A stretch of 59,103 nt of DNA, counting the filler. It is 8 parts of 8 records of this genome, joined end to end, with 100 filler letters (N's around TTAATTAATTAA, not from the genome) between each part and the next. Parts side by side here need not be neighbours in the genome. Positions count along the whole stretch, not along the records: positions 53,616 to 59,103 come from SRR31147125_29180; 7 more parts are not named here. One strand, given 5' to 3'. Below are positions 54,923 to 59,103 of this stretch, piece by piece (position 1 is the stretch's first letter; every line of letters begins with the position of its first letter). The position numbers and the translations under genes are program-made. The notes under the pieces were generated by a model. The model did no database searches. It saw nothing but the letters and a program-made list of their open reading frames with translations, and was not told the DNA's origin.

Positions 54923-56527
54923 TTACAATGCCCCTTTTACCTCAAAAACAACCGAATACGCATTGGGTCTTTGGGCAGGCACATTTAATATGAGTTTATC
55001 ATTTGTTTGCTTGAAATTAATTTTTTCGTCAACTCCAATCAATTTTACAGATTGGATTTGATTTGGATTCTGCACCGAATTTAAACCCAGCGCAGGAAGC
55101 GCAATCTCTCCTTCTTTTGGATTCAAAACAAACACATACAAAACTTCATCTTTAGTGGTAAAACGAACTTCATCGTGTCCGTAAGGTTGACTATCTTTTG
55201 TGCGGTTATTAAACTGTTTACTCTTCTTTTTATTAAATGCAATCTGGTCGGTATTGGCTAAATTAGAATTAGCCGACTCCGCCTCATCAAAACCTGAGTA
55301 AAAATTATCGCCATGCACTTTCCAGGGTTTACTGGCGTAGATGGCTTCACCATTTAATTTTAATAAGGTTCCAAAATCATCCATTATCGCCTTATGTTCA
55401 GGCGGAATTGTTCCGTCTGCCAAAAGCTCGACATTGAGCATGAAGTTGCCGTTTTTGCTCACTACATCTATCAATAGCTCAATTGTGCTTCTAGAATCAT
55501 GCCTTGATGGATCATCTTTTTTATAAAACCAATGGGTGTATGAGCAGATACTTTGCCAGGTTTGAGGATAAATTTCCAGCTCTACGCCCTGTTCAACATC
55601 ATTCACAACACCCGGATCACCTCCCGGTATTTTTCCGGCAATAACTGCATCCAGTTTGCCATGCGTTTTTAGGTAATGGTTATAAAATGTTCGAAATGCT
55701 TCTTTCCCATAGTCGCCGTATGGGTAGCCTCTACCATCGAACCACATAAAGTCCACATCGTAACTGGTGAGCAAATCTTTCATTCGCAGCAACCAGTTTT
55801 GCTTCCATGCTTCTTCCCATTCAGTCGTTCGTTTTTCAGGAGGCAGACCATATAAATCTGCTGGATCCAATCCTTCCCACCAAAGACCAGCTCCATCTTC
55901 TTTTGTCAGATGCGCATCGTAAGGTATCCCTTTATAAACACCCGAAGTATCAGCGCCAAAGGCAGGCAAACCCCATTCAAAAAAACGTTCGTTGTGCGTA
56001 CTAACACCGAAGGGAATCCCATATTTTTTTGAGGACTTACTAAACTCTTCAATTACATCGCGTTTAGGTCCAACTTTTACCGAATTCCAATCCTGATACT
56101 TTGAATTCCAATTATCAAAATTATCGTGATGATGTGCCAATGCCATAAAATACTTTGCCCCCAAATCCTCTGTAAAGTATTGCAAAAGCTTATCAGTATT
56201 TAGTTTTTCAGCTTTCCATGCATTCGCCACATCTTTATAACCTACTTCAGATGGATGCCCGAATGTTTTAAGGTGGTAGGGATAGGCATTTTTGCCAAAG
56301 GTTTCTCTGCCTACATCCTGCATATACATATGCCGGGCATACCAACCACCACCGTACTCGGGTACAGTTTGAGCCCCCCAGTGCACCCATATTCCAAAGC
56401 GGGCTTCCTTAAACCATTGGGGAATTTCGTATTGATCGCTCAACTCTTCCCATGTCAGTTCTTTTTCTTGCGAATAACAAGTTATACATAGAATAATTGT
56501 AAGAAATAATAGCTGAATAGTTTTCAT
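54923..56527 (-). CDS. Alpha-L-fucosidase, GH29
   Basis: PQWFKEARFGIWVHWG, HHDNF, MWFDG, DVVSKNGNFMLNV, NGEAIY. Confidence 0.92.
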   Translation of the reverse strand: MKTIQLLFLTIILCITCYSQEKELTWEELSDQYEIPQWFKEARFGIWVHWGAQTVPEYGGGWYARHMYMQDVGRETFGKNAYPYHLKTFGHPSEVGYKDVANAWKAEKLNTDKLLQYFTEDLGAKYFMALAHHHDNFDNWNSKYQDWNSVKVGPKRDVIEEFSKSSKKYGIPFGVSTHNERFFEWGLPAFGADTSGVYKGIPYDAHLTKEDGAGLWWEGLDPADLYGLPPEKRTTEWEEAWKQNWLLRMKDLLTSYDVDFMWFDGRGYPYGDYGKEAFRTFYNHYLKTHGKLDAVIAGKIPGGDPGVVNDVEQGVELEIYPQTWQSICSYTHWFYKKDDPSRHDSRSTIELLIDVVSKNGNFMLNVELLADGTIPPEHKAIMDDFGTLLKLNGEAIYASKPWKVHGDNFYSGFDEAESANSNLANTDQIAFNKKKSKQFNNRTKDSQPYGHDEVRFTTKDEVLYVFVLNPKEGEIALPALGLNSVQNPNQIQSVKLIGVDEKINFKQTNDKLILNVPAQRPNAYSVVFEVKGAL

Positions 56528-56553
56528 AAAACATATTTAAAATTGTGTTCCGT

Positions 56554-58950
56554 TTACATCTCCGACCAAAGCCAGGTCTCACCTTTCTTTAAAGTTAGTG
56601 TTTTTTCCTGTTTGCTTTGTGCAGCAAGGCGGAAAGTTGCATCCTTTTCTGCACGAAGGGTAGCTTCTACAAGCTGGCCATCTTTCCATTCCATATCAAC
56701 TTCAAGCCCACCACGTGCACGTAATCCTTTTACCGAACCAGTAGGCCAGGCCTTAGGAAGTGCAGGTAACAAATGAACCTCTCCATTGTGACTTTGCAAC
56801 AACATTTCAGCGATTCCTGCAGTAGCACCAAAACTGGCATCGATTTGATAACTACCTCCATTTTTAAGGTTTGTGGCAAACCTGCTAATAACCTTATTAA
56901 GTGCAATGTGAGCAGGATTGCCATCACCAACTCGAGACCACAAGGAAATTCTCCAGGCACCTGGCCAACCATCCGTTTGCCCCCGTTGAATTAAAGATGT
57001 ATGAGCTGCCTTAAACAGTTCTGGTGTATCGTATGGATTAATCTGGCTACTTGGGAATAGTCCGTAGAGATGCGAAACATGGCTGTGTGGATTCTCCGGA
57101 TTATCCCAATCCTTTTGCCATTCCTGCAACTGGCCATGACGACCAATTTTCATAGGTGCAAGCTGAGCCTTGGTTTTACTTGCTTGTGTTCGAAAATCCT
57201 GGTCAACATCCAAAATCTCTGATGCCTTTATACAATTAGCAAATAGGTCGTTTAAAAGCTGTATATCAATAGTAGGGCCAGCACAAAGCGATGCGCCTGT
57301 TCTATTGGAGCTCATTCCGTCTTTGTTTGTTCCACCATGGCTATGCTCGGGAGAAAGTGAAGGTGAAGTTACAAGAAGCCCGTCTTTATTCTCAACCAAA
57401 ACATCAAAGAAAAATTCTGCAGCACCTTTCATAACAGGATATGCTTTTTTTAGGTATTCGGTATCTCCTGTGTATAAATAATGCTCCCAAAGGTGTTGGC
57501 AAAGCCATGCACCACCAGTGGACCACATTCCCCAATGTGCGCCATCAACAGGTGCTGTGCCACGCCATAAATCTGTATTATGATGTGTAACCCAACCATC
57601 AGCTTTATAATGCACTTTCGCGGTATTACTTCCGGGAGCTTGTAACTCTTTTGCCATTCGCAGAAAAGGCTCGTGGCATTCGCTAAGGTTGCAAACTTCG
57701 GCTACCCAGTAATTCATTTGAATGTTAATATTGATAGTGTACTTACTGCACCATGGCGGATTAATTTCGTTGTTCCAAATACCTTGCAGATTTAAAGGTT
57801 GTGTACCGGGTCGAGAGCCGGCAATCATCATATAACGACCATACTGAAATACCAGCTCAGCTAAAATTGGATCGCTGGCTCCCTCCTGAACTTTTTTGAG
57901 TCTTTCGTCTGTAGGTGTATCAGCATCCGGCATTTTACCATCCAAATCGATAGACACGCGGTTAAACAAATTTGAATAGTCGTTAACGTGATTTTTATAA
58001 AGTTGTTCGTACGATGTGCCCTGAATCCCTGTGAGGTAATCATTGATTTTTGCCAAGGGGTCTCCACTAACATCCTTATAATTTTCGAAACTGGTTGCTG
58101 CCACATAAACAATGGTAACAGCATTTGCATTTTTTACAGAAATTTTATCTCCATTGGTCTGAACTTCTCCTCCATCAGCTGATACTTTGGCCTGTGCAGC
58201 AAATTTTGTTCCTTCGCCTTCCCATGGACCTATTAACCTACTTGCTCCGGTTCCAACACCTCCTCCACGCGGTGCAATCTCACCTGTCATCAATAAAATA
58301 TTTTCATCTTGAGTTATAGACTCCGACGGATGTGGGCTGGTCAGCGACAAGTCGAAATTGATTTGCCCCGGTTTATCGCACTCCAGACGCATTACAATTG
58401 CCTGGTCGGGAAAAGATGCAAATGTTTTTCTGGTAAATTGTGCCCCATCGATAGTGTAAGATACTTTGGATACAGCATTTTGTAAATTCAGTTCGCGACG
58501 ATAATCACTTGATTTCCCACTATTTAGAAAGGTAAGAAAAAGATCGCCAAATGGTTGATATGCCATCTGATATTTCGGGACTCCCATCATTTTTTCTGCA
58601 AGCTCTTCAGCCTCAACATATTGCTCCTGATCGAGTAATTCCCGGACTGGAGATAGATAAGAATACGCTTCTGTATTATCGTAGGAATGTGGCCCTCCGC
58701 TCCATAAAGTTTCCTCATTCATTTGAATGTGTTCCTGCTCAATTCCTCCATAGACCATAGCTCCAAGCCGCCCGTTTCCTATGGGTAAAGCTTCGTCCCA
58801 TTGGGTAGCTGCTTGTTTGTACCAGAGTTTCAAATTCTCATTATTCGGAATATTTTGTTGCTTTTGTTGCGCCATACTTGCAGTTTGTATTGCAAGCAAA
58901 GCAACTACTACCAGTGTAAATACGACCAATAGTTTTACTCTATTTTTCAT
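56554..58950 (-). CDS. Alpha-L-fucosidase, GH95
   Basis: [51 protein letters not shown]. The start is likely ATG 58950 (MKNRVK). Confidence 0.93.
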   Translation of the reverse strand: MKNRVKLLVVFTLVVVALLAIQTASMAQQKQQNIPNNENLKLWYKQAATQWDEALPIGNGRLGAMVYGGIEQEHIQMNEETLWSGGPHSYDNTEAYSYLSPVRELLDQEQYVEAEELAEKMMGVPKYQMAYQPFGDLFLTFLNSGKSSDYRRELNLQNAVSKVSYTIDGAQFTRKTFASFPDQAIVMRLECDKPGQINFDLSLTSPHPSESITQDENILLMTGEIAPRGGGVGTGASRLIGPWEGEGTKFAAQAKVSADGGEVQTNGDKISVKNANAVTIVYVAATSFENYKDVSGDPLAKINDYLTGIQGTSYEQLYKNHVNDYSNLFNRVSIDLDGKMPDADTPTDERLKKVQEGASDPILAELVFQYGRYMMIAGSRPGTQPLNLQGIWNNEINPPWCSKYTININIQMNYWVAEVCNLSECHEPFLRMAKELQAPGSNTAKVHYKADGWVTHHNTDLWRGTAPVDGAHWGMWSTGGAWLCQHLWEHYLYTGDTEYLKKAYPVMKGAAEFFFDVLVENKDGLLVTSPSLSPEHSHGGTNKDGMSSNRTGASLCAGPTIDIQLLNDLFANCIKASEILDVDQDFRTQASKTKAQLAPMKIGRHGQLQEWQKDWDNPENPHSHVSHLYGLFPSSQINPYDTPELFKAAHTSLIQRGQTDGWPGAWRISLWSRVGDGNPAHIALNKVISRFATNLKNGGSYQIDASFGATAGIAEMLLQSHNGEVHLLPALPKAWPTGSVKGLRARGGLEVDMEWKDGQLVEATLRAEKDATFRLAAQSKQEKTLTLKKGETWLWSEM

Positions 58951-59103
58951 TAGGTTTTTATTATTTAGGTTTAATACCAAATTGACCACAAAATGCCGTA
59001 TATAAATTGATTCTTTTTCGTTTCTACGGCGTTTAAAAATGATACCGTAACTATAGCTATGCTATAATTTTTTGCCTTGTACAAACGAAAAATAATCGGC
59101 ATA

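Overview
This window is not one locus. It is eight unrelated contig fragments joined by 100-nt spacers (N44-TTAATTAATTAA-N44), so it looks like a concatenated metagenome. Taxa are inferred from protein style, promoters and RBS. (1) 1-10367, Bacteroidota: a sigma54-type NifB/NifX-like three-gene operon, hydrolases, a membrane-anchored HTH protein, a PhoD-like phosphatase, ribF and partial ahcY. (2) 10468-19877, Bacteroidota housekeeping: zwf, pgl, dinB, OmpA, rlmD. (3) 19978-25463, Clostridia-like: araD, an IS3 remnant and a sugar ABC transporter with four operator boxes. (4) 25564-32465, possibly Planctomycetota/PVC: pheS, a short pheT, a TPR/transglutaminase-like protein and waaF. (5) 32566-38712, FCB/KSB1-like: secreted repeat proteins, a CfiA-like subclass B1 metallo-beta-lactamase and two YCF48-like paralogs. 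(6) 38813-44360, Clostridia-like: a histidine kinase, two GerMN proteins, a secreted protein and a tRNA-Leu end. (7) 44461-53515, Bacteroidota: two AAA_14 ATPase/PD-(D/E)XK genes around a GH2 beta-galactosidase, plus waaA. (8) 53616-59103, Bacteroidota: GH3, GH29 and GH95. The best candidate for an undescribed system is in fragment 7. Each of the two AAA_14/DUF4143-type ATPase-nuclease genes is directly preceded by its own array of short repeats with non-repeated spacers at a 32-33 bp period, and the second module is bracketed by two related hairpins. Several genes carry single-base homopolymer frameshifts that are probably sequencing errors.
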